NCBI GenBank assembly: GCA_017962365.1
Contig: JAGCVL010000006.1
Span: forward strand, 769 to 64,768
DNA from: Candidatus Saccharimonadota bacterium
Lineage (GTDB): Bacteria; Patescibacteriota; Saccharimonadia; Saccharimonadales; Saccharimonadaceae
Reading direction: 5' to 3'
Length of the DNA: 64,000 bases
The position numbers were made by a program, and so were the translations under genes. Below are positions 52,781 to 63,329 of this stretch, in pieces. Below the pieces are notes generated by a model, which made no database searches, was not told the origin of the DNA, and saw nothing but the letters and a program-made list of their open reading frames with translations. Each line of letters opens with the position of its first letter. Position 1 is the first letter of the stretch.

Positions 52781-55249
52781 ATGCAAGCGGAATTTAGTGA
52801 AATAATGAGTCATTTGTCTGAAAACGCGCGGTTTGCGCTACAAAAGGCAGATTACTATGCAAAGAGATATAATAATGGTTATATGGGGACCGAGCATCTC
52901 CTCATGGGCATCATGGCGATGGATACTTCGACGGGTGCCAGGATGCTCCGCGATGAGGGGGCGACAGTGGATGATGTTGAGAAATCGCTAAATAAGGTAG
53001 CGGTGGAAGTGCCAGGGAGCGATATGGCGATGATGTCTTTGTCGGAGCCGGTGATTTTGACGTTTCGGATGGCGCAGAATTTTGTGATTGAGCAAGGTCT
53101 AAGCGTGATTGGGACGGAACATATGCTTTTTGCTCTCCTATCTCAGCCGAACTCTAGAGCGTCTTTAATTCTCCAAGGTCTGAAAGTTGATAACAATAAG
53201 GTGCTGGACGAGATTGAATCGCTGGTGGAAAAGCAGACTAAGGAAGAGCAATTAAAAGCCGAGAAGGCGAAATACGTCAAGAGTTCGAATTTGAAGTTTT
53301 TGAAGAAGTTTGGCAAGGATTTGACGGAAGAGGCGAAGCTCGGACATCTCGACACGGTGATTGGGCGCGAGAATGAAATTGAGCGGGTGGTGACGGTGTT
53401 GTCTCGGCGCACGAAATCTAACCCAGTATTGATTGGTGAGGCTGGTGTCGGTAAAACGGCGATTGTGGAAGGTCTTGCGATGCGAATCGTGAAAAACGAA
53501 GTGCCAGGAAATTTGATTGGTAAGCATATTTACCAAGTGGATTTGTCGGGGCTGGTGGCTGGTACGAAGTTCCGCGGGGAGTTTGAGGAGCGGATTAAAG
53601 GCATCATTGACGAAGCGGTGGGGGATGATACGGTGCTGCTATTTATCGACGAGATTCATCTACTTTGTGGGGCGGGAAATTCGGAAGGTTCGATGGACGC
53701 GGCGAATATTTTGAAGCCGGCGCTCGCGCGTAACCAAATCAATTTGATTGGTGCGACGACGCTCGATGAATATCGCAAAACGATTGAAAAGGATAAGGCT
53801 CTCTCGCGTCGGTTCCAGACGGTGATGGTGGAGGAGCCTTCGGCGGCGGTAACGCTTCGGATTCTCAAGGGCATCAAGAAGCATTATGAAAAGCATCACG
53901 GTGTGACGATTCCGGATGAGGCGCTTGAAACTGCGATTGTGATGTCTGAGCGGTATATTAATGATAGATTTATGCCAGATAAGGTGATTGATGTGGTTGA
54001 CGAGGCGTCGGCGATTTGTAAAGTAGCGGCCGACAAAAAAGGTGGTGGTAAGTATAAGAAGATGAAAATTGAGCTGAAATCTTTGGAGGAAAAAATCACC
54101 GAAGCGGCGGAGGCAGAAGATTATGAAAAGGCTGCAGAATATAAAACTGAGGCTGCGAGGTTGTCAAAAGAAATTAAAAAGCTCGAAAAGTCTGGTGTGA
54201 AAGAAACCGTGACGCCGAAACTTTCGGAAGAAAATTTGGCGACGGCGGTGTCTTTAAAAACCGGAATTCCGGTATCAAAAGTGCATGGTTCGGAAATGAA
54301 GATGCTGATGGGGCTTGAGGATGAACTATCAAAGTCGGTAATTGGGCAGAAAGAAGCGATTGATGCGGTGGCGAAAGCGATTCGGCGCGGAAGGTCTGGG
54401 ATTGCGGATTCGAGGCGGCCGATTGGTTCTTTCCTATTTATGGGCCCGACTGGTGTAGGTAAGACGGAGTTAGCTAGGGTGATTGCGCGGGAAGTTTTCG
54501 GCGGCGAGAATGCTTTGGTAAAAATCGATATGAGCGAGTTTGGCGAGAAACATAATGTGTCGCGGCTCGTGGGTGCGCCGGCGGGATATATTGGCTATGA
54601 CGATGGCGGAAAACTAACTGAAGCGGTGCGACGAAAACCTTACTCGGTGATTTTGTTTGATGAGATTGAAAAGGCGCACCCAGATGTATTTAACTTGCTG
54701 TTGCAGATTTTGGAAGATGGCGTACTGACGGATGGTCAGGGTAACAAAATTAAGTTTAATAATACGATCGTGATTTTGACATCAAATCTCGGGTCGGCGG
54801 ACATGTACCGCGAGGGTGAACTTGGGTTTACGGCTAAGACGGCGAAGGACAAGAAGGCATTGGCGGAAGAATACGAAGAGAACAAGTCTTATGCGATGAA
54901 AGCGCTGAAGAAAGTGATGCGTCCGGAATTAATCAATAGGCTGGATTCGATTTTGGTATTCCATGCGCTAACTAGGAGCGACGTGGAAAAGATTTTTGAC
55001 AATTTGATTGATGATCTCAAACGGCGTCTCGCGACGAAGGGCGTGGGGATTAAAGTAAACGAGAAAGCGAAGAATTATTTGATCGAGAAAGGTTACGACC
55101 CGAAAAACGGGGCGCGGCCACTCAGACGTTGTATTGAGGATGAGGTAGAGTCGCTACTTTCCGAAAAGTTGATTGCGGGAGAGCTTACTAAAGGCGATAT
55201 TCCAGTTCTAAAATATAGCAATGGTAAATTGAAGTTAGAAAAAGCATAA
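52781..55249 (+). CDS. clpC: ATP-dependent Clp protease ATP-binding subunit ClpC
   Basis: It has N-terminal Clp repeats, two Walker A motifs ([18 protein letters not shown]), a UVR-like segment ([16 protein letters not shown]) and an LGF ClpP-docking loop. It is adjacent to clpP. Confidence 0.9.
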   Translation: MQAEFSEIMSHLSENARFALQKADYYAKRYNNGYMGTEHLLMGIMAMDTSTGARMLRDEGATVDDVEKSLNKVAVEVPGSDMAMMSLSEPVILTFRMAQNFVIEQGLSVIGTEHMLFALLSQPNSRASLILQGLKVDNNKVLDEIESLVEKQTKEEQLKAEKAKYVKSSNLKFLKKFGKDLTEEAKLGHLDTVIGRENEIERVVTVLSRRTKSNPVLIGEAGVGKTAIVEGLAMRIVKNEVPGNLIGKHIYQVDLSGLVAGTKFRGEFEERIKGIIDEAVGDDTVLLFIDEIHLLCGAGNSEGSMDAANILKPALARNQINLIGATTLDEYRKTIEKDKALSRRFQTVMVEEPSAAVTLRILKGIKKHYEKHHGVTIPDEALETAIVMSERYINDRFMPDKVIDVVDEASAICKVAADKKGGGKYKKMKIELKSLEEKITEAAEAEDYEKAAEYKTEAARLSKEIKKLEKSGVKETVTPKLSEENLATAVSLKTGIPVSKVHGSEMKMLMGLEDELSKSVIGQKEAIDAVAKAIRRGRSGIADSRRPIGSFLFMGPTGVGKTELARVIAREVFGGENALVKIDMSEFGEKHNVSRLVGAPAGYIGYDDGGKLTEAVRRKPYSVILFDEIEKAHPDVFNLLLQILEDGVLTDGQGNKIKFNNTIVILTSNLGSADMYREGELGFTAKTAKDKKALAEEYEENKSYAMKALKKVMRPELINRLDSILVFHALTRSDVEKIFDNLIDDLKRRLATKGVGIKVNEKAKNYLIEKGYDPKNGARPLRRCIEDEVESLLSEKLIAGELTKGDIPVLKYSNGKLKLEKA

Positions 55250-55266
55250 TAATGAAAGGAGAAAAT

Positions 55267-55848
55267 ATGAAAGATTATCTAGTGCCGACGGTGGTGGAAG
55301 AGACCAATAAAGGCGAGCGAGCGTATGATATCTATTCGCGGCTTTTAAATGACCGAATTATATTTCTTGGCGAGGATGTGAATTCGCATACGGCGAATTT
55401 AGTGGTGGCGCAGCTATTATATCTTGCACACGAAGACCCAAAGAAGCCGATTAAACTTTACATTAATTCACCTGGCGGGTCGGTATATGATGGACTGGCG
55501 ATTATTGACACGATGAATTATATCGAGCCGGATGTGGAGACGATCGGGATTGGCTTGCAGGCGTCGATGGGCGCGATGCTTCTTTCGTGTGGCGCAAAGG
55601 GTAAGAGATATTGTCTGCCGAATGCGCGAATTATGATTCATCAACCATCTTCTGGAACGGAAGGAAAGATTACGGATCAGGAAATTATGTTGAGGGAAGG
55701 TGTATTCTTGAAAAAGCGGCTGGCGGAGATTTTTGCAAAGAATACCGGTAAAGATTTGAAGCAGGTGGAAAAAGATATGGATCGCGATAATTGGATGAGT
55801 GCGGAAGAAGCAAAAGCATACGGAATTATTGACGAAATTATAAAATAA
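55267..55848 (+). CDS. clpP: ATP-dependent Clp protease proteolytic subunit
   Basis: [19 protein letters not shown] (Ser) and IMIHQP (His) are present. The ATG at 55267 follows an AAAGGAG SD. Confidence 0.95.
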   Translation: MKDYLVPTVVEETNKGERAYDIYSRLLNDRIIFLGEDVNSHTANLVVAQLLYLAHEDPKKPIKLYINSPGGSVYDGLAIIDTMNYIEPDVETIGIGLQASMGAMLLSCGAKGKRYCLPNARIMIHQPSSGTEGKITDQEIMLREGVFLKKRLAEIFAKNTGKDLKQVEKDMDRDNWMSAEEAKAYGIIDEIIK

Positions 55849-55863
55849 GTTTATACTTAAAAT

Positions 55864-56244
55864 ATGAAAGCGCCAAAAATTCTAATAACAGCTGGAATAG
55901 CGATGGCGATTGCTGTGGTGGCCTTGATAGGTACTGTGGGGGCAAATACATCGCGGACGGTGGGGGAGCTTGATATTGCGTTAACCGAAATAGAAACTGA
56001 TAAAGTAATCGCGCGCACGAATAGTCTCGAGGCGGTAAATGATCCTAGTGGCACTGGGTATGCGGCGCCGCTTGGTGAGAATAGGACTGTTGGTTCCGGG
56101 ATTGATAGATCGAGCGAGAGTAGAGTGCTTGCTACTGCGGTTGGCGTGCAAGGCATGGTGGCTGGTATGCTAGCGGTATGCTTACTGATTATTATTTCTT
56201 TGGTTGTGAAATATTGGCGGAATGCCCGTAGTCTGGGATTATAA
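55864..56244 (+). CDS. Hypothetical small membrane protein (N- and C-terminal hydrophobic segments); its 3' end overlaps tsaB by 53 bp
   Basis: TATACT lies 6 nt upstream of the ATG. The C-terminal hydrophobic stretch is followed by KYWRNAR. Confidence 0.45.
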   Translation: MKAPKILITAGIAMAIAVVALIGTVGANTSRTVGELDIALTEIETDKVIARTNSLEAVNDPSGTGYAAPLGENRTVGSGIDRSSESRVLATAVGVQGMVAGMLAVCLLIIISLVVKYWRNARSLGL

Positions 56245-56524
56245 TTTGATGCTTTTCGCCGCGGTGGTCGTACAAGGGGATTTTTAGCTCGTGTGCTAAA
56301 GTATTAACGACCGTGGCACCAATGCGAAGACCGGTAAAAGAGCCAGGGCCGGACATAAAAGTAATTTTTGCAATATCTTGCCAGGTTTTATTATTCTCTT
56401 CAAGTTTATCTTTGATGAAAGCGAGGAGTTTTTCGGCGAGGTCGTGGCCAGAATCCCATTCGTAGGCTTTGTCGTCTAATTTTAAAATCGTCGTTGGTGT
56501 TGATGTATCAAGGTAGAGTTTCAT
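56192..56524 (-). CDS. tsaB: tRNA t6A biosynthesis protein TsaB, short form (N-terminal domain only, 110 aa)
   Basis: LYLDTST and the GPGSFTGLRIG motif are present. It is coupled to tsaE. Confidence 0.7.
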   Translation of the reverse strand: MKLYLDTSTPTTILKLDDKAYEWDSGHDLAEKLLAFIKDKLEENNKTWQDIAKITFMSGPGSFTGLRIGATVVNTLAHELKIPLYDHRGEKHQIIIPDYGHSANISQPKK

Positions 56525-56922
56525 TTGATAGTGACCTCCCGAAAATTATCGTCAGTATACTGTATATTTATAATGGTGTGATTTTCTGGAAGGAGATTCG
56601 CTACGGATTCGCCCCATTCTATGATGACGATTTTGCTGTCGTCGGCTAAATTTTCGGCGAGGTCGTCGACCATGAGTCCAGGGTCCGAGAGGCGGTAAAA
56701 GTCGTAATGGATGAGAGTTTTACCGTCTGGCAAAGCATAAGATTTGGAAATGGTGAAGCTAGGGCTGGTAATTTCGGATGTAATGCCGAGGCCTTCCGCG
56801 AGACCGCGTGTAAAAGTAGTCTTGCCGGCGCCAACATCACCGACGAGCTCAATAACGTGAGGGCAATTTTTGGCAAAGTTTTCGCCGAATTCTAACATAT
56901 CTTGCTCGGATTTTATAATCAT
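56521..56922 (-). CDS. tsaE: tRNA t6A biosynthesis ATPase TsaE
   Basis: GDVGAGKTTFTRGLA and HYDFYRL are present. Confidence 0.88.
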   Translation of the reverse strand: MIIKSEQDMLEFGENFAKNCPHVIELVGDVGAGKTTFTRGLAEGLGITSEITSPSFTISKSYALPDGKTLIHYDFYRLSDPGLMVDDLAENLADDSKIVIIEWGESVANLLPENHTIINIQYTDDNFREVTIK

Positions 56923-56924
56923 TA

Positions 56925-56937
56925 TATAATTATACCA
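56925..56937. promoter_or_regulatory. Overlapping divergent -10 boxes for murC (plus strand, TATAAT 56925-56930) and tsaE (minus strand, TGGTATAAT = complement of 56929-56937)
   Basis: Each box is 6 nt from its own ATG, and the two start codons are 14 bp apart. Confidence 0.6.
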
Positions 56938-58232
56938 TGAAAGTGTATATTTCGGGGATTTCAGGTACGGGGATGGGGCCTCTAGCGCTCTTTGCGGCGA
57001 ATGCTGGCATAGAAGTAGTGGGGTCGGACCTCGCCAAGGGGGCGATTTATGATGAATTAATGAGGGCGGGGATTCGGGTAAAGATTGGGGTGCAGGATGG
57101 AGAGTTTTTAAAGTCGGAGATTGATGGACTAAATTGGTTTGTGTATACCTCGGCTTTGCCGGAAAATCACCCGGAGCTTATGGCGGCGCGTGAGGCGGGG
57201 GTGAAGATAAGTAAACGTGATGATTTTACGGCATATCTCGTGGATAAACTCGGTCTTAAGATGGTGGCGGTGGCAGGGACGCATGGCAAGACTACTACGA
57301 CGGCGATGACTATTTGGGCGTGTCTGAAATTGGGCTTACCAGTGTCATATGTGGTGGGGACGACGCTTGGATTTACAGTTTCCGGGGCATATCATGATGG
57401 GGATAAGTATTTTGTGTATGAAGCCGATGAATATGATCGGAATTTTTTGAAATATCATCCGTGGTTAGCGGTTATTCCGAGCGTGAGCTATGATCATCCG
57501 GACATTTATCCAACGGTTTCGGATTACGAGGCGGCGTTTTTGCAATTTAAGTCGCAGAGTGAGATGGTGATTGAAAATACGGCTGATGGGATTGTCGGCG
57601 GCGAAGTGATGTTTTTGCCGGAAGATTTTAAACTGGCTGGTGGGGCGCGAAGGATTGATGCGGCGATGGCGGCAAATGCAGTAATGAGGATGCTAAGATT
57701 GGAGCATAATGATGGACTTGTGACTGATGATAAGAAGATGGAAGTGACTCGGATTTTAAATGAATTTCCTGGAGTGGGGAGGAGATTTGAAAAGTTAGCC
57801 GATGGATTATATACGGATTATGCGCATCATCCGGAGGAGATTGTGGCGACGATTGAGATGGCACGAGAGCAGGCGAAGATTGATGACAAAAAAGGCGTAG
57901 TGGTGGTGTATGAGCCACACCAGAATGCTAGGCAGACTGAAGTAAAGGATGGGTACCGTGAAGCGTTTGTGGGGGCGGATAAGATTTTTTGGTTACCGAC
58001 ATATCTAGTGCGGGAGCCGGAAGGGGTGCCGATTTTGTCTGCTGAAGAGCTGGCTGGTGGACTAGTGAATGAGGAAGATGTGTGTCTGGCGTGGCTATCA
58101 CGTGGGCTTGCGATAACGATTCGCGAAGAGTTGGCGGCTGGAAATCTGGTGCTTTTGATGACGGCGGGTCCGGCAGATGCATGGATGCGTAGGCTGGCGG
58201 CGGGCGAGAGCGTGGACGAGCTGGCGCACTGA
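56937..58232 (+). CDS. murC: Mur ligase family protein, MurC-like (UDP-N-acetylmuramate--L-alanine ligase)
   Basis: It has an N-terminal Rossmann-like segment (ISGISGTGMGPLA...GSD) and the P-loop VAGTHGKTTTT. MurC and Mpl cannot be distinguished by eye. Confidence 0.68.
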   Translation: MKVYISGISGTGMGPLALFAANAGIEVVGSDLAKGAIYDELMRAGIRVKIGVQDGEFLKSEIDGLNWFVYTSALPENHPELMAAREAGVKISKRDDFTAYLVDKLGLKMVAVAGTHGKTTTTAMTIWACLKLGLPVSYVVGTTLGFTVSGAYHDGDKYFVYEADEYDRNFLKYHPWLAVIPSVSYDHPDIYPTVSDYEAAFLQFKSQSEMVIENTADGIVGGEVMFLPEDFKLAGGARRIDAAMAANAVMRMLRLEHNDGLVTDDKKMEVTRILNEFPGVGRRFEKLADGLYTDYAHHPEEIVATIEMAREQAKIDDKKGVVVVYEPHQNARQTEVKDGYREAFVGADKIFWLPTYLVREPEGVPILSAEELAGGLVNEEDVCLAWLSRGLAITIREELAAGNLVLLMTAGPADAWMRRLAAGESVDELAH

Positions 58233-58299
58233 TTTTTGCGATCATTTATTGCAGTTATTTGGCTTGTGATTTTGAACGTGGTTATGTTATAATGGGGTT

Positions 58300-58815
58300 A
58301 TGGTAAAACATAGTAAGGTAGATGGCACAAAAACAAAAAGTCGTGTTGGTTTAATAGCGATGCTCGCAACGCTAGTCGTCGCGATAGTGGCGCTGGTGGT
58401 GGGGATTGTAGTGGTAAATCTTGATGGTAATAGGCAGGGTGATGTTGGGGAATTATCTTCGACGACGCAAATGGAAATTGAACGGGAATTTCAAGATGTG
58501 GTAATGTCTGGCGATCTTAATTCTGGCATTAAATATTTGAATGACATATTAGAGAATGGATATACTGAAGGTGGAGCAAAACTGTCTGAGCGGGATGTTT
58601 TTGCGACCAGGCTTTCTCTTGCTAATTTATGTATAGATGCATTGCGATATGATGAATCGTTGAAAATTTTAGATGAGCTTGAGGCTTCTGAGTTGTCAGA
58701 ATATGATTTGGGACAGGTATATAGTGCATATATAAGTCTGTATAATGCGATTGGTGATTTTGATAAATTGGAAGAATATATAACTAAGTTTGAAAGAATA
58801 GGAGGAGAGCAATGA
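58300..58815 (+). CDS. Hypothetical membrane-anchored helical (TPR-like?) protein
   Basis: It has the TM helix LIAMLATLVVAIVALVVGIVVV. Its stop shares an ATGA overlap with the next gene. Confidence 0.5.
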   Translation: MVKHSKVDGTKTKSRVGLIAMLATLVVAIVALVVGIVVVNLDGNRQGDVGELSSTTQMEIEREFQDVVMSGDLNSGIKYLNDILENGYTEGGAKLSERDVFATRLSLANLCIDALRYDESLKILDELEASELSEYDLGQVYSAYISLYNAIGDFDKLEEYITKFERIGGEQ

Positions 58816-61800
58816 AAAAAAAGATTTTTTTAGTGATGGCGATTTGCGCTCTTGCTTGCTCTGTGTTTATTGGCAGCTTATTGTCTCAAGATGTTTTCGC
58901 TGAAGGTGCAGTTGTGCCTGGAAGCGGGGGAAATTTTGGTCAGACATGCGTGAATTATTGTACTACTCATATTGCATGGCTGTATCACAGATGGGACGAA
59001 GACACGTCTCTTTCCGATGTTTCGGAATTGATAAGTGGTGCTCATCAGATTGTTGGGTATGCTGGTAGCGTTGGCGGGACTGGCGGTGCAATTATCCCCG
59101 CTTTATGCGCTAAGACCGGTGGGTATTATAGGCTTGCATTTTATAGACAAAATGGTCCGGAGAAATTAAGCAATGGCATAGTTTATCAAAAAGGACAACA
59201 ACTCGGCGTCTTAAGCCTCGAAGGTTTAAAAACTATCGCTCCGAATACATTTAATATTGATACTGGATATGTTACCGGCGTTAAGATATACGGGTGGGAT
59301 GATGCAAAAGCGGCCTTTGAGACAATGAAGGAATATGATGTAGCGCACGGCACTAATTATACCAGTGGATATGATTGGTCGACGAGCAGTGGTTTGGGTG
59401 CGTTTTGTTTTACGCCCGATACTGATGGATTGGAAAATCGGGTTTACTATGGCTCGTCAAACGTTGCGGTTAATCCGCCAAAGAGTTCTGGCGCCGTATG
59501 GAAAGGGACTGGGATTACGAGTACGCAAAAAGATGTCGCTTATGGTCCATCGGTGATTAATGTTGGCGATACGGCGACGATGACTTTTTCACATAAAGTT
59601 TTAGCAAATAAGGAAACTAATAACGTAGCGTGGAGGGTGGACAGAAATTGGGATAAGAGTAGTGGATATACCCCTATTTCTTCTGCGTCTTCTAGTGGCA
59701 CAGCTAACTTAACTATAAAGGAAGACAACTATTATACTCAGGGAAGTACTGATTATTATGATGGTACATATTATTATACTATGCGAGATGTATATAGTGT
59801 CACGTTTGATACTCCGGGCACTTATACGTTTTGTGAAAGCCTAACGGTAAATAATGCGGGGGAATATATCACTAAATCATGTGCAGTGGTAGAGGTGAAG
59901 CCGGTTGAATATTATACGGAGTCAAACGTAGCAGTAGGAATGCCCCATGTTGATACTACTCACGTAACAAAAACACCAACCGTTGTTACCGATCAATTAG
60001 CATATTTGAAGGTTGGAGATGAAGCCCCAGTTACATTCTCGCATGTGATTTTCTCTTCCGCAAAAGTTAATGAAGTTCAGTGGTTGGTTAATAGAAACTT
60101 TAATATTTGTAGTAATAATACAAATAATGATAGATGTACGCTTACTTCACGGAGCAATGTCGGCGATGTAAATAACCCAAGCGCAGATCCAAAATTGAAT
60201 AACGGAAATAGTGGATTTAGTAGCGTAGTGGCTAATGTATCAAAATTGACAGAAGCAAGTGGTGTGACCGTTGATGGGAAGGAGTTGTGGTACTCGCCTC
60301 AGAGCGTAGGTGGTTCATATATCGGAAGGCCATATACTGATAATGGCGGCGGACATTGGTTTAGCTGGCGAGATATTTATTGGGCAGTATTTAAGAAGGT
60401 TGGTAATTATAGCGGTGATGGCAATAATTTGTGTGAAAGATTGTCCATACCCGGAAGTGGCAATGAGATGACGGGGGCTTGCTCTAATGTTAAAGTACCA
60501 TACAACTTCAAGAATAGCGCTTCAATTGAGCTTGGTGAAGACATGGTACAGGTTGGTGGCACGGTAGAAATTGAAAGTGCTACGGTTACGGTTGGTAAGA
60601 AGCCAAATCCTGATGTGTGGTGTGCAAACTGGGTCAGTACGGGTGAGAGGAGTGGTTATTGTCCTGATGAGTATGCTACTCAGGTAGATAATGCGACGGT
60701 AAAATTGATAAAGTATTCTGCGTCGTCACAGAGTGGCTCGGTAAGAGAGAATTATGGCAACTATGATTCTGATTTATGTGCTCAAGGTGTGATTGGCGGT
60801 TCGTCAACTGGATGTGAGATTGAAACTCAAGAAGGAATTTACCTAAATCAAAATAACAATACGGACGGGGTAACTAATGGTGTCCAAGGTATTGATTTGT
60901 CAGAAAGAACTGTCAATGCAGAAGCTGGTAAATATTATTGTGTAAGATTGGCAATTTACCCATACACTAGTGGCGACAATACCAATGTGGATGACAAAGA
61001 GGGGAGTCATTCTTGGTACATTTCCGCGCCGAGTTGTGTACAAGTTGGTAAGAAACCAACTTTCCAGGTGTGGGGCGGAAGTGTCTATTCGGCAGGGCCA
61101 ATTAGAACAAATTCATTTATCAGGACGATTGAAGGTGAGAAGAAAATGTTTGGTTCGTGGGGCGAGCAAAGCGTAGTGGCGAGAGGGTTAGTGAGTGGAT
61201 TTGCGTCTGGAGCCGCAACTAGTAAAGGTTCTGACATTAATTTCTGTAAATACCAGACACCACTTACATTCATGAATGCAAAGAAGGATATAGCGGTAAC
61301 GGGTATGTGCAGTGATAATCAGATTGGAAATGCCAATATTCCAGCTGATATGTCTGGCAAGGATGCAATTAAAAATTACTGGTGGATACCTACTGTCCCA
61401 GTAGGCGATGGAAACTCTTTTGTGGAAGAGATTACTACTGGTGGTGAAAAAATAAAATATAGGTATAGCTCTGGTGATATGACAATAGATGGATATGACA
61501 ATATAACTGACGGTACATATGTAGTACGCTCTGATAATGGAAATATCTACATAAATGGAAATATAAGTTATGCTGATAAAGTATATCAAAAAGCTAGCGA
61601 AATACCAAAGATGATAATATATGCAAAGAATATATATATCGGTTGCGGAGTGAATAGAGTTGATGCAATATTGATTGCGGATGGCAAGATTGATACCTGT
61701 GCTAATGGTAATGGGATTAATCCTGGCATAGATGAAGAAAGTCGCTCAAACCAGCTTAAGATTAATGGGATATTGATGGCTGGGCAGGTGGTATTTAACC

Positions 61801-61958
61801 GGACTTATGGCGGTGGTAGTGGTCTTGGTGCTACAACTCCAGCAGAAATCGTAAACTATGACACATCTGCTCTTCTTTGGGGTAGAGGCAGTGCCGAAGA
61901 TAATGACAATAGCTTACTCACGGTTGTGTATCAGCAAGAGCTTGCGCCAAGATATTGA
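58812..61958 (+). CDS. Large secreted protein (1048 aa) of unknown function with three Cys-pair modules
   Basis: It has a signal peptide (MKKKIFLVMAICALACSVFIGSLLSQDVFA). The blocks YY(G/T)xSNVAV...TFSH...N(N/E)V(A/Q)W(R/L)V(D/N)RN...CExL...C..V.V are repeated. Confidence 0.6.
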   Translation: MKKKIFLVMAICALACSVFIGSLLSQDVFAEGAVVPGSGGNFGQTCVNYCTTHIAWLYHRWDEDTSLSDVSELISGAHQIVGYAGSVGGTGGAIIPALCAKTGGYYRLAFYRQNGPEKLSNGIVYQKGQQLGVLSLEGLKTIAPNTFNIDTGYVTGVKIYGWDDAKAAFETMKEYDVAHGTNYTSGYDWSTSSGLGAFCFTPDTDGLENRVYYGSSNVAVNPPKSSGAVWKGTGITSTQKDVAYGPSVINVGDTATMTFSHKVLANKETNNVAWRVDRNWDKSSGYTPISSASSSGTANLTIKEDNYYTQGSTDYYDGTYYYTMRDVYSVTFDTPGTYTFCESLTVNNAGEYITKSCAVVEVKPVEYYTESNVAVGMPHVDTTHVTKTPTVVTDQLAYLKVGDEAPVTFSHVIFSSAKVNEVQWLVNRNFNICSNNTNNDRCTLTSRSNVGDVNNPSADPKLNNGNSGFSSVVANVSKLTEASGVTVDGKELWYSPQSVGGSYIGRPYTDNGGGHWFSWRDIYWAVFKKVGNYSGDGNNLCERLSIPGSGNEMTGACSNVKVPYNFKNSASIELGEDMVQVGGTVEIESATVTVGKKPNPDVWCANWVSTGERSGYCPDEYATQVDNATVKLIKYSASSQSGSVRENYGNYDSDLCAQGVIGGSSTGCEIETQEGIYLNQNNNTDGVTNGVQGIDLSERTVNAEAGKYYCVRLAIYPYTSGDNTNVDDKEGSHSWYISAPSCVQVGKKPTFQVWGGSVYSAGPIRTNSFIRTIEGEKKMFGSWGEQSVVARGLVSGFASGAATSKGSDINFCKYQTPLTFMNAKKDIAVTGMCSDNQIGNANIPADMSGKDAIKNYWWIPTVPVGDGNSFVEEITTGGEKIKYRYSSGDMTIDGYDNITDGTYVVRSDNGNIYINGNISYADKVYQKASEIPKMIIYAKNIYIGCGVNRVDAILIADGKIDTCANGNGINPGIDEESRSNQLKINGILMAGQVVFNRTYGGGSGLGATTPAEIVNYDTSALLWGRGSAEDNDNSLLTVVYQQELAPRY

Positions 61959-61976
61959 TGTGATACAATATTTTAT

Positions 61977-63329
61977 ATGAAAGTGCGGAGTCAGTTTGTT
62001 TGTCAGCAATGTGGTGCTTCTTATACAAAGTGGGTCGGGCAGTGCACTAATTGTCAGTCTTGGAATTCGCTAGTTGAGCAGGTAGTGGATACTGGTGCCA
62101 GTGGTGGAAAATCGGCGATTGAAAAAGGCAGAGCGTCCGGTAAGAAACTAGATTTTGTAAAACTGTCTTCGGTGGTGCCAAGCGATGCGAAAGCTAGGCT
62201 TTTGACTGAGTTTGAGGACTTAAATACGGTACTTGGCGGCGGGATATTGATGGGGTCAGTGTGTTTACTTGCTGGTCAGCCTGGGATTGGAAAGTCTACG
62301 CTTCTGATGCAAATTTGTGCAGAGATAGCGAAAGGCCATGACGTATTATATATCTCCGGTGAGGAGTCGGCGGGGCAGGTAAAGTTGCGCGCGGAGAGGC
62401 TTGGGGCGAAGTCGGAAAGGCTGAATTTTGCGGCATCGACATCGGGGAATGATATTGCGAAAACGATCGAGGGTGGTGAGTTTGATCTTGTGATTGTAGA
62501 TTCAATACAGACGCTCGCGATGGATGAGATTTCTTCGGCTCCAGGTACCGTGTCGCAAGTGACAAATTGTGGGAATTTGATTATTCGAGCGGCGAAAGCT
62601 ACCGATACGGCAGTGGTGATAGTGGGGCATGTGACAAAGGATGGTACTTTGGCGGGGCCAAAAGTGCTAGAGCATCTGGTGGACGTGGTGCTTCAGTTTG
62701 AGGGTGATAGATATGGCGGATTTAAGACGGTGAGAGCGGTAAAGAATAGGTTTGGTTCGACCAATGAGGTGGCGATTTTTGAGATGCTGGGAACCGGGCT
62801 TCGCGAAGTGCAGAATCCGTCGGCGGCGCTTCTAGCTGAGAGAACAAATACTGATGGATCGGTGATACTTGCGACGATGGAGGGGAATCGGCCGATTTTG
62901 GTGGAAATTCAGGCGCTTGCTACGTCGACTAATTTTGGCTATCCGAAACGGACGGCGAGTGGCTTTGATCTTAATCGGTTAAATTTGCTAATAGCAGTGC
63001 TTGAAAGGCGAACCAAATTAAAGCTGTCTGATAAAGATATATTTATCAATGTAGTAGGCGGAATGAAATTAAATGATTCGGCGGCGGACCTTGCGATTTG
63101 TATGGCGATTGCGTCGGCGGTAGCGGGGCGAAAATTAGGTGAAGAGTATGTAGTATTTGGTGAGGTGGGGCTTGGCGGTGAGATTCGCTCGGCGTTTCGG
63201 GCAGACCAGAGGATTGCAGAAGCAAAAAAGTTAGGGTTTTTGCATGCGATTGGGCCGTCTACTGTGCATGATAAATTTGTAATACCAGCAAAAGATTTAC
63301 GCGAAACATTAATAAGGTACGTAAAATGA
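61977..63329 (+). CDS. radA: DNA repair protein RadA/Sms
   Basis: It has the zinc finger CQQCGASYTKWVGQCTNCQSWN, Walker A GQPGIGKST, KNRFG and a Lon-like C-terminus. Confidence 0.95.
   Translation: MKVRSQFVCQQCGASYTKWVGQCTNCQSWNSLVEQVVDTGASGGKSAIEKGRASGKKLDFVKLSSVVPSDAKARLLTEFEDLNTVLGGGILMGSVCLLAGQPGIGKSTLLMQICAEIAKGHDVLYISGEESAGQVKLRAERLGAKSERLNFAASTSGNDIAKTIEGGEFDLVIVDSIQTLAMDEISSAPGTVSQVTNCGNLIIRAAKATDTAVVIVGHVTKDGTLAGPKVLEHLVDVVLQFEGDRYGGFKTVRAVKNRFGSTNEVAIFEMLGTGLREVQNPSAALLAERTNTDGSVILATMEGNRPILVEIQALATSTNFGYPKRTASGFDLNRLNLLIAVLERRTKLKLSDKDIFINVVGGMKLNDSAADLAICMAIASAVAGRKLGEEYVVFGEVGLGGEIRSAFRADQRIAEAKKLGFLHAIGPSTVHDKFVIPAKDLRETLIRYVK

Noticed and set aside
55857-56156. 99-aa minus-strand ORF opposite 55864-56244
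   Set aside because: The plus-strand ORF has a TATACT box 6 nt from its ATG and a signal/TM-like N-terminus. The minus-strand ORF has no start context. Both calls remain low confidence.
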